From NCBI RefSeq assembly GCF_000143415.4, contig NW_003314286.1, forward strand, positions 759,766 through 823,765: 64,000 nt of DNA, read 5' to 3'. The notes below the pieces were generated by a model, which did not search any database, was not told where the DNA came from, and saw only the letters and a list, made by a program, of their open reading frames with translations. Below, one piece after another: positions 37,601 to 50,314 of this stretch. Made by a program: the position numbers and the translations under genes. Numbering within the stretch: position 1 is the stretch's first letter; each line of letters opens with the position of its first letter. Origin of the DNA: Selaginella moellendorffii (taxonomy: Eukaryota > Plantae > Lycopodiophyta).

Positions 37601-40506
37601 AGCTGCTTAATGCTGGAGTCTTCTGGTATGCTTTGTTAAAGTGTTTATGTGCTGATACTTACAGATAAAACTGCAGGTATCTATTACCTTTGCTTTTGCA
37701 ATACGACTCTACTGCAGAAGATGGCGATGCGACGGAGCCTCATGCTGTTGGCAATAGTGTCCAGGCTGCCAAGAATACACATGCAGTATTAGCAGCCAAG
37801 GCTTTGTCTCGAATATGGGGTATTTTGGATGACAAACTTAGTAGTCCCCACAATCCTACGGCAGCAACTGTATTGCGATCGTTGTTGACACCGAAGCTAG
37901 CATCACTACTCCGCGAGGAGTCCGCGAAGGAGCTTTTGCTTAAGCTTAACTCGAACTTGGAATCGCCCGAGGTACAAGAGTTGTTTTATTTACGACTTTT
38001 CAGCTCCTTATTCTTGCCAAATTGCACAGATAATTTGGAATTCCACGACAAGGTCGGAGCTTCTCAAGTTTATTGAGAAGGAACGTGTTTCTCCTTGTCC
38101 AGATGGATCTTTCGACATGTCTGCTGCCCAGGAGTTCAAATATAAGACTTTGAGCAACGAACTGCACGTTGGTGATGTCTATCTCAGAGTTTACAATGAA
38201 CAGCCAGATTTCAAAATTAGCGAACCGGATCTATTCTGTGAAAATCTGATGCGATACATCTGTGGGATCGTCGAACAGAGGAAAAACGCTGACAAAGAAC
38301 AGGCAACTATATCGCAGCCTGACGGTGAAGAAGAAAGTTCCGAGGGAAACAAAAAGGAGTCCGGCGCTATCCTTGTTGAAAACTTGACAATGGCACTTAC
38401 GTCCTTGCAGGTAATGACGCTCAATTGTTTTTGTGTTTTGTTATCATCTTTTTTTTTTCTTTTCAGAATTTACTGACTGCAAACCCGGGACTGTGCTCTG
38501 TATTTTCCACCAAGGAGCAAGTGGCGCCGTTATTGGAGTGCCTTTTGGACACAGATCCTGGAAGTGGTCAAATACCGGAGCTATGTTTGAGTATCCTCTC
38601 ACAATTGACGTCCTTCGCTCCCTGCGTGGAAGCCATAGCAAGCGACAGATCTGGATTACTACTACTTTTGCAACTGCTGCTGACTTCACCGGCCTGCAGA
38701 GATGGAACGCTACGTGTTTTGTATGCTCTTGCAAGTACTTCTGAGCTTGCTTGGGCAGCTGCAAAGCATGGAGGCGTAGTCTACATTCTCCAGCTTCTTT
38801 TACCCCTTCAAGGTTTGTCCGGGACCTTTTAAGAATTTGGGCTAAATTCACATTGCAGAAGAAATACCCAGTCAACAGCGGGCTGCAGCAGCTTCTTTGT
38901 TGGGTAAACTTCTCAGCCAGCCTATGCATGGTCCAAGAGTAGCTATTACTCTCGGTCGGTTTTTGCCGGATGGCCTAGTCTCTGTTGTCAGGGACGGACC
39001 TGGTGAAGCTGTTGTGGTAGCACTTGAGCAAACTACTGAGACTCCCGAGCTTGTATGGACTCCTGCTATGGCAACTTCTTTGAGTGCGCAACTCGCCACT
39101 ATGGCTGCTGATCTCTATCGGGAGCAAACGAAAGGAAGAGTTTTGGAGTGGGACTTACCGGAACAACCAGCTGGTCAGCAAGATATGCGTGATGAGCCTC
39201 AGGTAGATTTTTTTAATTCCTCAATCTTTGATCTATCGTAACGCTTTTATTTCTTGCTGTGCAGGTTGGCGGAGTGTACGTAAGATTGTTCCTGAAAGAT
39301 CCAAAGTTTCCTCTTCGGAATCCCAAGAGGTTTTTGGAAGGACTTCTGGATCAGTATGTAGCCGCCGCTGCCGCGACTCATGCAAGAGGACCTCAACCTG
39401 CAGATGCGGAACTTCCTTTGCTGCTCTCAGCAGCACTAGTGTCGCTTCTACGGGTTCAGCCCGCTCTTGCTGATCATGCCGGTCACCTGGGATATGTTCC
39501 AAAACTCGTGGCTGCTATGGCCAAGGAAGGACGAAGGGAGATTATGTCGTCGGCAGAGATAATGGTCTCGACTGGTGGTATCAAGGACGAGTCTTGGGAT
39601 TTGGACGATGGTGACAAGGGCCAAACACTACAGGAACGCGTCAGATTGAGCTGCTTGCGAGTTCTTCATCAACTTGCTTCCAGCACAGTGTGTGCCGAAG
39701 CCATGGCAACGTCTGGACTCGGCTCTCCACAGGTACCAATTCTAGCAAACATTATACTCTTGTCATAACTGGAACCTTTTAATACGTTTCAGGTTGTTCC
39801 TCTTTTGGTGAAGGCCATTGGATGGCAAGGCGGTAGTGTTCTCGCTTTGGAAACATTAAAGCGAGTGACGGCCGCGGGTAATCGTGCGCGTGATGCTCTA
39901 GTCGCCCAAGGATTGAAGTAAGCTTCTTCTTTTTTTCTTTTTCTTTTTTCTTCTTTTTCGTCTTGTGTTTATGTTAATGTCTCCATTCTACAGGGTTGGA
40001 CTCGTTGAGATCTTGCTAGGATTGCTTGATTGGCGAGCCGGTGGCCGAAACGGTTTGTGCCAGCAAATGAAGTGGAACGAATCCGAGGCATCAGTTGGGC
40101 GAGTCTTAGCCGTCGAGGTTCGTCCTTCTCTCTATTATGAGTTAACGCCAAGCGCTCTAACAACCCTGCTCTATAACAGATTCTACGTGCCTTTGCCGAG
40201 GAAGGCGCTCACTCTGCCAGAGTTCAGGAGATTTTAAATTTGTCCGAGGTATGAGAGACACTTTCTTCGTTGGTCTTCGTTGTCCTCACCTTTTGCAACT
40301 CCACGTTCCAGGTGTGGAATGCATACAAAGACCAGAAGCACGACCTGTTCCTGCCATCAAACTCTCAAATGGCCGCGGCTGGAATAGCGGGCCTGATCGA
40401 AGGCTCCACCGCAGGTGTCACTTACTCGTTGCCAGCTCCATCCGGCGCCAAATCTCCTCGAGTCAAGGTAACACCGGGGCCTTCTCACATTCCTCCTTTG
40501 GATTGA
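31650..40506 (+). CDS. GRV2: DnaJ homolog subfamily C GRV2/KAM2 (RME-8), about 20+ exons
   Basis: [18 protein letters not shown] repeats ([12 protein letters not shown]), GYF-like WHYVD..VGP, J-domain [33 protein letters not shown]. Confidence 0.95.
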
Positions 40507-40871
40507 GACTACGGGATATGTTTGTATCATAGCAACAGCTCTAGAGGCCTCCGCTCAAAACATTTGGTACGGTACATATTTGGAATTTTCGGGTCAGATC
40601 AGCTTGTAAATTCTTTGTATAATTCGCACTCGCTGTTAATAAGAGGGAGAGAGATAGCTTCGTGTTTTTTACGTCTGCCACCGCGTCACAGAGCAGTCCA
40701 GGTGATGGAAACGATGATCATGCGACGAAAAACAAGTATTTTTCAAACCGCCACCACCGCTTCTCATGATTTCTATCAGCACTCTGAAGCAACCGGTACG
40801 TTTTCTGATAAGTATTTAGTCACCGCTTTGTGTTGGGAGTGTGCTTGCTTTACTCAAAAGAGTGAAGAAAA

Positions 40872-41609
40872 ATGAGAGTGTTTTGGTTGCTTGTCTTGCT
40901 GGTTCTCACAAGCTGGGATTTTACGCAGAGCAGCGGCAGTGATGATCTTCGTGAGCTCTCGAGTGGCGGGGATCAGCGTGTTCACTTGCCGCCATTTCCT
41001 CATCGCAAGCACCACCCGCCGCCTCCATTCTTCTACCGGTCGCCACCTCCGCCATCGCCACCACCGCCGTCGCCACCATCGCCACCTCCACCACCGCCGC
41101 CGCACCACCACCACTTGGCACCCTTTCCTCATAGCAAACACCACCCTCCGCCTCCATTCTTCTACCTGTCGCCACCTCCGCCATCGCCACCACCACCTCA
41201 CAGGCATCCTACAAGGCATCCATGCCTTGGAAAGCGCGAGTTTTCTCCACTTAAGCTGGTCATCCAAGGCAGGGTCGTGTACAAGATTGACAAAGGACTC
41301 GAAGGTAAGCAAGCTTATCAGATGCGATTAACAGATGGCTAAGACTACCTTCTTTCTTATCAAGGTGCGAGAGTTAAGGTGGAATGCTTCACAGGCACAG
41401 GCGCTAAAGACGCCTATGGATACACCGATTCCTCTGGAAACTATGAGGTGATGGTGAGCGGCCTGGGGATTGGCACGGCTGATATCAGTTACTGCGCGAC
41501 CTCTCTTGCCGGAGGTGGAAAAACACGCGAGAGAAGTAGCGATCTTACTCTAAAATTTGTGACAAAGAAGGAAGTAGTGCTCCAAGCCAAAGATATAGTG
41601 GCCACTTGA
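40872..41609 (+). CDS. Secreted His/Pro-rich extensin-like protein with degenerate Pollen Ole e 1 domain; exons 40872-41304 and 41365-41609
   Basis: Signal peptide; duplicated HLxPFPHxKHHPPPPFFYxSPPPP; IQGRVV..GARVKVEC..TDSSGNY..C. Confidence 0.75.
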
Positions 41610-42027
41610 TAGATAATGTTTAAATTATGGCCGTTGGATTGTCCCTATATTCTTGGTCGATTCTTGGTCGATTCCCTGGTTCTCTGGCAGGCTCTCTCCT
41701 GGTAAGTTTCTTCTAGCGGCTTAGTTCTTTCTTTTCAATTTGTGGCTGGGTTTAGTTCTTTCGTTGCAATTGGCTGGGTTAAAATGGTTTTGGTGGAGTG
41801 TAGCGCATGATCTCTAAGTTTCGAAGATTTTGGGGAGGGATTTTTTCTTGCTGCGTGATCACGCCGGTTTGGGTTGTCAAGGCGTGATCTTTGTGATCGA
41901 GCTAGCTTCGCGAGATGGATGGAAGAACCCTGGACATGGTTTGTTCTTATCTATGAGATTTTTTGTTTAAAAAGATCTTTAGCTTACTTTGCAAACCAGG
42001 TGGATTGAGAGATCTTCCATAGCGGAC

Positions 42028-43095
42028 ATGTCCATCAACGAGCTCTATCTTCTCTCCCAGGTGATGAGCACGTATCCCCGCCAGTGGAATGCGGCTCTCA
42101 AGCGCTCGCTTCTCATGGTAAGTCACGAGGAATTAGAATAAAAAAGAGGTTTTGGTCTTACCGGAACAAATCTCGTCCAGGATATCGCGGTTCTTGCGAA
42201 CGAGAACAGAGATGGCGACGTTCATGCCCGGATAAATCGTCTCAACGAGTTTCTTCTAGCTCCGCTGGCCAGGATAGTGCTCACCGAGAGAGAAGCGATG
42301 AAGTCGTCCAGAGAGGCGGCGGCGGCGCGAGAGCAGCAGCTCAATGCGGCGGTGGCGGCGCTGCAAGACGAGAAGGAGGCGGTGTCAAAGCAGCTCGAGG
42401 AGGAGAAGGAGCAAACCTTGCAGCAGAACATGTTCATCGAGACGCTCCTCAAGTAAAAAACTTCTTTTGTTTCATCGCTTTTGTAGAGTTCGTTCGAATG
42501 ACCTCTCGTTCTTTCCTGTGCCATGTACAGTGATATGGACAAGATGGCCAAACTTAGCGATCACCGGAAGAAGAAGATCCTCCAGCTGCAGCACACGTTG
42601 TTCGTCAAGGACTTGCAAATCCACAGGCTTACGTCCGGCGAGCGGGAGCAGCCAGACTCTCAGGTCCAGAGCTTCGAAGACAGCATCAAAGACTGCCTCC
42701 AGTGGGTTTCTGCAGCTGAAACAAAGACGACAATGGTGTCTCTCTCACTGGCTGACGACCAGAGCTCGTCAAGAGCTCCGGTTTGCAGCACGTCATCAGT
42801 CTCCAGCAACCTTGGAAGTGGCACGACCACGTCAGGCCCGGATCCACAGAAGCAGAAACTTGAACAACAAAGCATTCCAGTGTCACTCCAAGATGACGTG
42901 GGGTTGCTCCAACTGCTTCTTGCCGGACTTTGGCACGAAGGCGTGACGAGCGTGAAGATAATACAAGACTCTGGTTTGTGCTCTGTACCGTCAGCAGTGG
43001 TACATTTTTGGCTGGGACTTGCCAGGCACATTGCGAGCCGCATGGCAGAGACGGTACAAGACTCGGCCTTGGGATTGTTTTCCCAGCTCCTGTAA
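42028..43095 (+). CDS. Unknown coiled-coil protein (3 exons inferred; 3' end uncertain)
   Basis: ATG 42028; in-phase introns after LLM and after LL(N); E/Q/K-rich heptad segment REQQLNAAVAALQDEKEAVSKQLEEEKE. Confidence 0.55.
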
Positions 43096-44901
43096 ACGTC
43101 AGCCAAGGGCCACAGTACTGGCCAGCCTAGGACACGTAAAACCTTGTCTAGAGCTGCAATAAGCAGGACAAAAAGGAAAGCTGGAAGTTGCTAGTGAGGC
43201 AAGACGTCAATGAGCAAGAAGAAACAACAAGGAAGAGATCATAAAGTATAAGGCAAGCAAGAGGAAAACAAAGATTCGACGACGATGTTGACTAATAGCA
43301 ACGATGCCGCTGCTTGTCAAGAGGGTCATGCAGACACTTGTTCGCGGGAATAAATGGCACAGGCTCAGGACCGATATGACGACGGCTGCTTTCACGACTC
43401 ACGAGAGAAGTGGACGAAATCTCTCCCTCTCCTTCCCAGACTAGTAAGAATAAGTACCTTGAACAGTGTGGACCAGAGAACATCATCGACGACAGCCGAA
43501 GGGAAGGTGCTCTTCATCAGCGTCCTAGGTACGTGCTGCTGCCACTGCAAAGGAGTTAACAGATCGATCAGCCAGGTAAACTGTTTATAAAAGGAGTGAA
43601 AGAAAAAAAAGAAAGATTGCAGTACTTACAAAAGTAGTAGGGTCCCTCCCAGGTTATCAGGAATAAAGTATCGCACTCAGACATCAGCCTAGTTCATCGT
43701 CCCCCGCGAGCTGCCGGTGCGCGCTCATAGGCTTGAGCTGGATTCCAAATGTCGAGTGCCCGAGTTCCACGCAGTATCCTATGCGAACGGTTGAAGGGAC
43801 ACCATCCACGGGTCAAGCTTTTCCTTTGCAACTGGACCGCTCGTCGTTTCTCATCGGTTTCAACGGTGCCGTTCGGCCACGTCTTGGGGTCAGCGATTGG
43901 AAAACATTTGTCTGGAAGCCTATCATCTTCGTTAACGTCCGCATTTAAGGCTGTGTTGACGTGGCTCGTTAGAAAATCAAAGCCACACTGGTTTTTTCCA
44001 GTTCCTCGTGAAGTTTTCCAGGCAGGAAAGCATTCTCTCGCCTGCGGAATGAATCGAGCTCATTAGTAGGGAAGTAAAGTACTAAGTTGGTGAAGTTGCG
44101 AAGGTCCCGGCGCGAGCCGTTTTCTAGAGAAATTCCACGGGAATATTATGGAAGGACGAGCAAGCAACTGCGACAATTATCATACCTTTGAATCCGGAAA
44201 GAGAGATCGATTCCAGTGGCCCCTGCTAGCGTCACTCACCAATACATAAGTGACGAGATTCTGGAGTTTTAGTCAACATTCGGATTCGCGGGAAACCATT
44301 TCTCTGACCAGCTCTCCCCTGTCTCGCTGTCCCGTTGAGACTTGTTCGCTTCCCCAAGACTGTCCGGAATAACATAAACAATGTTTGAGCCAAGAGTAGA
44401 AAATGAAACCCACCTGGAATGCTCCTGGTTAAAATGTCTCGCTTTCGGTCAGCGTTCGTGTTCCGCTTCCTTACGTTTCCACGATTCTACAGATTCCGCC
44501 TCGAAAGTTGGTTTTTTCTTTTCTTACATTCCCGAGAAGCGGTGGAGGCCATCATCGCATGAGGACACGGACACTCTACAGGAAAGTTTTCAGCTTTCCG
44601 TAGTGGCTCCCAGTAATTTCTTGTTGTCTGCTGCTACTAAAAACAAAATAGTTCTTACGATACGAGAAAAATGAAACTATTTCAAACAAACATGATCTTA
44701 CTCGAGGTTGGAGTTTGAGTACCGCCACCATGTAGTGTAATGTAACTTACATTCTGTGGTCATCATGGAAGCATATTTCCTTCGCTCTTTTACTCGAGCA
44801 TGCCAAGCTTGTTTGTTCTTACAATCATTTCGAGACTCCTTTCACGTGGTTATAGTACCACTGCAGCCTCCTGGACGCCTCCCAGAGATATGAGATATGT
44901 A

Positions 44902-45309
44902 TCAATCCGAGCAGGTCAAATCGCTAAGAGTGTTGTTTACACATTCCTTGTCAATCAAACGCTACAGTTCAGTCTCTCATGAAGAAAAAAACGAAACATT
45001 TCAGAGACCTGTGCGGCGGTAGCAGACTGTGGCACGTTCAGAAGATCAGAGCTGCAAAACGAAGGTGCTAAAGCAAGGGTAGGGATCGAACCTGCGATGC
45101 CACCACTGATTCTGAAAGAGAACTTAAAAAACCAAAAAGAAAAGGAGAAAATAACTATCCTACGAGAGAAAAGAAACTCCCCTCTGGCACAAGAAGCACG
45201 CCTGTAGCTTCGCCCCTGCCAGGCACCCGCTGTAAAACAATCTGTGATCTGAAAAATAAGAACGAAACAAAAGAGACACGGTGAGCATAGGACCGGTTCT
45301 ACTCTTAAA
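44902..45309 (-). CDS. Putative micro-exon gene/small ORF (exons 45294-45309, 45202-45248, 45092-45111, 45009-45051, 44902-44961)
   Basis: Five short segments bounded by pyrimidine-rich AG acceptors and GT/GC donors splice in consistent phase to FKSRTDHRLFYSGCLAGAKLQNQWWHRSSDLLNVPQSATAAQRLIDKECVNNTLSDLTCSD*. Donors are weak and the start is unresolved. Confidence 0.3.
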
Positions 45310-45646
45310 CTGGCAAAAAGAAGATCAAGGCTTTACCGTGATACTGTGAAACCGCGTTGCATCCAGCTGCGTCCTGGCCATTACCAAGTGTAGTTTACTC
45401 CCGAGCTGCTAAAATGGCCCACAGCTGCACTCACTAAAGAAACCAGCTGGCCGTAGAGACGAGGAGAATTGGCGAATAACAATCTCCAAAGGCCGGCCGT
45501 ATGGGGAACGTGGCTCTCACGTTCGTTCATTCTTCTCACACACTTGCCATGTTGTAACGAGCGTCGAGACTACTACCGTCTAGCTGCTGCTACAGTTTAC
45601 TGGGGCCCCAAGTCGCCATAGAAGACTTCGGACTAGTCCCCGCCAG

Positions 45647-45943
45647 TATATATAAGTCCCAGAGGCAATCCACCGGAAGAGCAAGAAGGTTTCAGGGAGA
45701 AACACTTCCTTCTTCGTGGAGGAGGAGGAGAAGCCGGGACTAAAGAGCTTTCTTTTCAGGAATCTTCTGTTGTGTCTGAGACAGCGCTGGTAAGCTTCTG
45801 CTTCTTCAATTCCGCAATGTGTGTGCCTTGCCTGCGATGCAGAGCTCGCCTGTACTTGCTTGCTCTCGAACTGCTCGACAGCCTTCTGACGTTCTGTTCT
45901 TGATGTTTTTCCTTCTGTTCGTTTTTGCTTCTTCCAGCAGCAG
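45647..45943 (+). promoter_or_regulatory. Extensin TATA box and 5'UTR intron
   Basis: TATATATAA at 45647; donor GTAAGC at 45790; acceptor CAGCAGCAG at 45935-45943. Confidence 0.55.
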
Positions 45944-45967
45944 GGAAAGAGAAGAGAGCCCGAGACC

Positions 45968-48309
45968 ATGGGGCCGCCCCGACGGACAAGAATGCCAATG
46001 GAGGCAACAGCAGCTCTGAGTTTGGTGGTGATCGCACTTGCGTTCGCTGCACAGGTCGAGGCGTCGCCTTACGAGTACAAGTCTCCACCCCCGCCTGTTT
46101 ACGAGACTCCTGCTCCAGTCTACAAGTACAAATCTCCGCCCCCTCCACCACCGGTTTACAAGTACGCTTCTCCTCCCCCACCTGTTTATCACGCTCCTGC
46201 TCCTGTCTACAAATACAAATCCCCACCTCCGCCTGTCTACCACTACAGCTCCCCACCACCACCAGTNNNNNNNNNNNNNNNNNNNNNNNNNNNNNNNNNN
46301 NNNNNNNNNNNNNNNNNNNNNNNNNNNNNNNNNNNNNNNNNNNNNNNNNNNNNNNNNNNNNNNNNNNNNNNNNNNNNNNNNNNNNNNNNNNNNNNNNNNN
46401 NNNNNNNNNNNNNNNNNNNNNNNNNNNNNNNNNNNNNNNNNNNNNNNNNNNNNNNNNNNNNNNNNNNNNNNNNNNNNNNNNNNNNNNNNNNNNNNNNNNN
46501 NNNNNNNNNNNNNNNNNNNNNNNNNNNNNNNNNNNNNNNNNNNNNNNNNNNNNNNNNNNNNNNNNNNNNNNNNNNNNNNNNNNNNNNNNNNNNNNNNNNN
46601 NNNNNNNNNNNNNNNNNNNNNNNNNNNNNNNNNNNNNNNNNNNNNNNNNNNNNNNNNNNNNNNNNNNNNNNNNNNNNNNNNNNNNNNNNNNNNNNNNNNN
46701 NNNNNNNNNNNNNNNNNNNNNNNNNNNNNNNNNNNNNNNNNNNNNNNNNNNNNNNNNNNNNNNNNNNNNNNNNNNNNNNNNNNNNNNNNNNNNNNNNNNN
46801 NNNNNNNNNNNNNNNNNNNNNNNNNNNNNNNNNNNNNNNNNNNNNNNNNNNNNNNNNNNNNNNNNNNNNNNNNNNNNNNNNNNNNNNNNNNNNNNNNNNN
46901 NNNNNNNNNNNNNNNNNNNNNNNNNNNNNNNNNNNNNNNNNNNNNNNNNNNACTCCCCGCCGCCCCCGGTATACAAATATAAGTCACCTCCTCCCCCCGT
47001 CTACCACTACAGCTCGCCACCACCGCCGGTTTACAAGTACAAGTCGCCACCACCACCTGTGTACCATGCCCCGGCTCCTGTTTACAAGTACGAGTCGCCC
47101 CCCCCACCGGTTTACAAGTACAGCTCCCCTCCACCGCCGGTCTACAAATATAAGTCGCCACCACCTCCTGTGTACCACGCCCCGGCTCCTGTTTACAAGT
47201 ACAAGTCACCTCCTCCCCCCGTCTACCACTACAGCTCGCCACCACCGCCGGTTTACAAGTACAAGTCACCACCACCACCTGTGTACCACGCCCCGGCACC
47301 AGTTTACAAGTACAACTCGCCACCACCCCCAGTTTACAAGTACAGCTCGCCACCACCACCTGTTTACAAATACAAGTCGCCACCACCACCTGTGTACCAC
47401 ACCCCGGCTCCTGTTTACAAGTACGAGTCGCCTCCTCCGCCGGTGTACAAGTACAGCTCCCCGCCGCCACCGGTCTACAAATATAAGTCGCCACCACCAC
47501 CTGTGTACCACGTCCCAGCGCCGGTTTACAAGTACGAATCTCCTCCGCCACCGGTGTACAAGTACAGCTCTCCGCCACCACCAGTCTACAAGTATAAGTC
47601 GCCACCACCACCTGTGTACCACGCCCCTGCTCCAGTCTACAAGTACAAATCTCCTCCGCCACCGGTGTACAAGTACAGCTCGCCACCACCACCGGTTTAC
47701 AAATACAAGTCGCCTCCTCCACCTGTTTACCACGCCCCGGCTCCAGTCTACAAGTACAAATCCCCGCCACCACCGGTGTATCACTACAGCTCCCCGCCAC
47801 CACCTGTTTACAAGTATAAGTCTCCACCGCCGCCTGTTTACCACGCTCCCGCCCCAGTCTACAAGTATAAGTCACCGCCGCCACCTGTTTACCACTACAG
47901 CTCCCCACCACCCCCGGTTTACAAGTACAAATCTCCTCCTCCCCCTGTCTACCACGCTCCAGCACCGGTTTACAAGTATAAGTCTCCGCCGCCACCGGTC
48001 TATCACTACAGCTCCCCGCCACCACCGGTGTACAAGTACAAGTCGCCACCACCGCCTGTGTACCACGCTCCAGCACCGGTTTACAAGTATAAGTCGCCTC
48101 CTCCACCTGTTTACCACTACAGCTCGCCACCACCGCCGGTCTACAAGTACAAATCCCCGCCACCTCCTGTGTACCACGCCCCGGCTCCAGTTTACAAGTA
48201 TAAGTCACCACCGCCTCCGGTCTACAAGTACCAATCCCCGCCTCCACCGGTGTACCATTCCCCAGCGCCGGTTTACAAGTACCAGTCTCCTCCTCCTCCT
48301 GTTTATTAG
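45968..48309 (+). CDS. Classical cross-linking extensin (HRGP), interrupted by an N gap at 46267-46950
   Basis: Signal peptide MEATAALSLVVIALAFAAQVEA; 37-aa (111-nt) unit SPPPPVYHYS-SPPPPVYKYK-SPPPPVYHAPAPVYKYK with YxY/VYK motifs; TAG at 48307-48309. Confidence 0.93.
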
Positions 48310-48789
48310 CTCGTCGCAAGCTAGAGGCACACGCATAAGGTGAGCAAAATCTCGTCGCTTACCAGGATCTCTGACGAACGTTTCTTTCTCGCTTTCTTTT
48401 CATTTTCTTTGATCCGATCCAGGTAGAAGATGACAACAAGTGCTGCAGGATTTTCCTTGAAATAAGGACACGCGTGGCTGCAGTGGAAACGGAGCTGCTG
48501 CACAGAAAAAGAGAGATGTGAGAACGCGAGTGTATATAGAAAACTGGACAAAAAGAAAACAAAGAAGCATCATCACAGGAGGCCATCCACGAAGTGTTCA
48601 GGGATTCTTTCGAGGGTTGGACGTTACCTTGGTTCATCCCGGTTTTTCATAAAATAAGCTCGACGAGGGCGCAATGTTTTTTTCTTCTTCTTCTTCTTCG
48701 TTGTTTACCTCTGATCGTTTGCTTGTTCTTCTAATGGACGCCTTTCCAGTTTGAACGATATATTCCTTCTGTAGCTTAGCTTTGTGATC

Positions 48790-48980
48790 GTCAAAGAAAA
48801 AATGCTCCTTGCCTGGAAAGATCGGTGATCACAGCCAAGCTTTTGTGTACGTCAAAGAAAAATCCTTCTGGAAAGATCGGTGATCGGAGCCAATTTTTGT
48901 GTACCCGTGGATAGACATCAAGATAAAAATGCTCCTTGCCTGGAAATGAAAAAATGCTCCTCCTGGAAAGGTCGGTGATG
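48790..48980. repeat. Imperfect direct repeats upstream of the sHSP gene
   Basis: aaaatgctccttgcctggaaa(gatcggtgat) module recurs 3-4 times. Confidence 0.7.
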
Positions 48981-49277
48981 CTCGTCATTCATGCAAATCA
49001 TCGAGTGCCCGCAGCGAAGCAAACTGGATCCTCGCGGCAAAATATTTCCAAATCCGGCGAGAAATCTTTCCATCGTCGCTTCCTCGCATCAAGAAAAACG
49101 CCAGAGATCATAGAATCACCTTTAAAACCTCCAGACGAATGGAAAATCTCCATCGCCAAGCCAGCGCCATCCCCTTCTTTCCGCCCTAGGGCTTTACTGA
49201 ATATTCCCCAAATCTTTTCAAACAGTGGGATATGCTTCGAATAGGGCTCGAGCAAATAGGGTTTTGGCCGACGAGCA

Positions 49278-49343
49278 TTCCAGAAGCCTCTAGACGTTCT
49301 GTTTCTCTCCAAATAGAACGTCGAAGAAACGCGACGTATATAA
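49278..49343 (+). promoter_or_regulatory. Heat-shock element and TATA box
   Basis: TTC-ca-GAA-gc-cTC-ta-GAc at 49278-49295 (alternating nGAAn units); TATATAA at 49337. Confidence 0.7.
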
Positions 49344-49388
49344 GCATTGTGGGTAGATTTCTTTGCGCATCCATCCACATCCAAGAAC

Positions 49389-50191
49389 ATGGCGATCAGG
49401 GTTCTAGCGAAGAGCTTCCGCCCTTCCTCCTCCCTCGCGCCTCCCCGCGGCGCGATCTTCCAGCTCCTCCGCGCGAACTCCAATCAATCAGGAGCAGCGG
49501 CAGCGGCGACGCGGGACGCCACTGGAAATCCCCCCTCGGATGGAGGATCATCGGGCGTGGATCTCACCAAGGATGATAATCTCGGTGTCATAGACAACGC
49601 GAGCATGGGGCGGAGGGGGAGAATCCGAGCGCCGGTGCCGCAGCTCCACCAGCCAGAAGGAATTTTCGGTGAGTAGATCTTTCCCCCCTTCCAAGAATCG
49701 AAATCTCTCCCCTCCTTCCAAGAATCTCACGATATGAGCCAGATCTTTGGAGCCCGTATGCGCCGTCGAGGAGCATGCGCCAGATGGTGGAGACGATGAA
49801 TCGCATCCTCGATCCAGGTTTCTTTCGTGGATTGGACAATGGGCTCTACATCGGGAGGATGCCGTGGGACATCGTCGATGGCAAGGATGCGTTCCACCTC
49901 CGGCTTGACATGCCGGGATTCAACAAGGAGGATGTCAAGGTCCACGTTGAGGACGACGAGCTGGTGATCAAGGCCGAGAGGAGCGGCAGTGGCAGCGCTG
50001 GCGGCGGCGGTGGCGACGAGCCGGGGAGTGTGTTTGATATCCAGAGATCTGTTAACACGCGCATGGCTCTTCCGCCGGAGGCTGCAAGGGACAAGATCAA
50101 AGCGGAGCTCAAGAACGGTGTTCTCACGATCGTGCTTCCAAAGGAGCAAGTTCCAGAAGAGAAGAAGCGCGTGGCTGTGGACGTAGCTTGA
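49389..50191 (+). CDS. Organellar small heat-shock protein (HSP21/HSP26-like); exons 49389-49668 and 49743-50191
   Basis: Transit-like N-terminus; phase-1 intron; Met-rich SMRQMVETMNR; alpha-crystallin domain RMPWDI..LRLDMPG..KEDVKV..IKAELKNGVL. Confidence 0.9.
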
Positions 50192-50314
50192 GAGGAGATA
50201 GAGAAGAGAGATCTCACACACGTACATTTGTAAGTCTTTCACACTTTAGCTTCTATGCAAAGAGTTCTTTTCTTCACAGAGGTGGTGTTCTTTAGCTTGC
50301 CCTCTTTCCTAGTA

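Noticed and set aside
45009-45051. DLLNVPQSATAAQ resembling J-domain helix I
   Set aside because: No helix II or HPD follows.
46267-46950. Frame change within the extensin
   Set aside because: Falls across an N gap of estimated length; not evidence of a frameshift.
46951-48309. Regular repeat array as possible CRISPR or satellite
   Set aside because: It is extensin coding sequence: variation is mainly at synonymous positions and there are no unique spacers.
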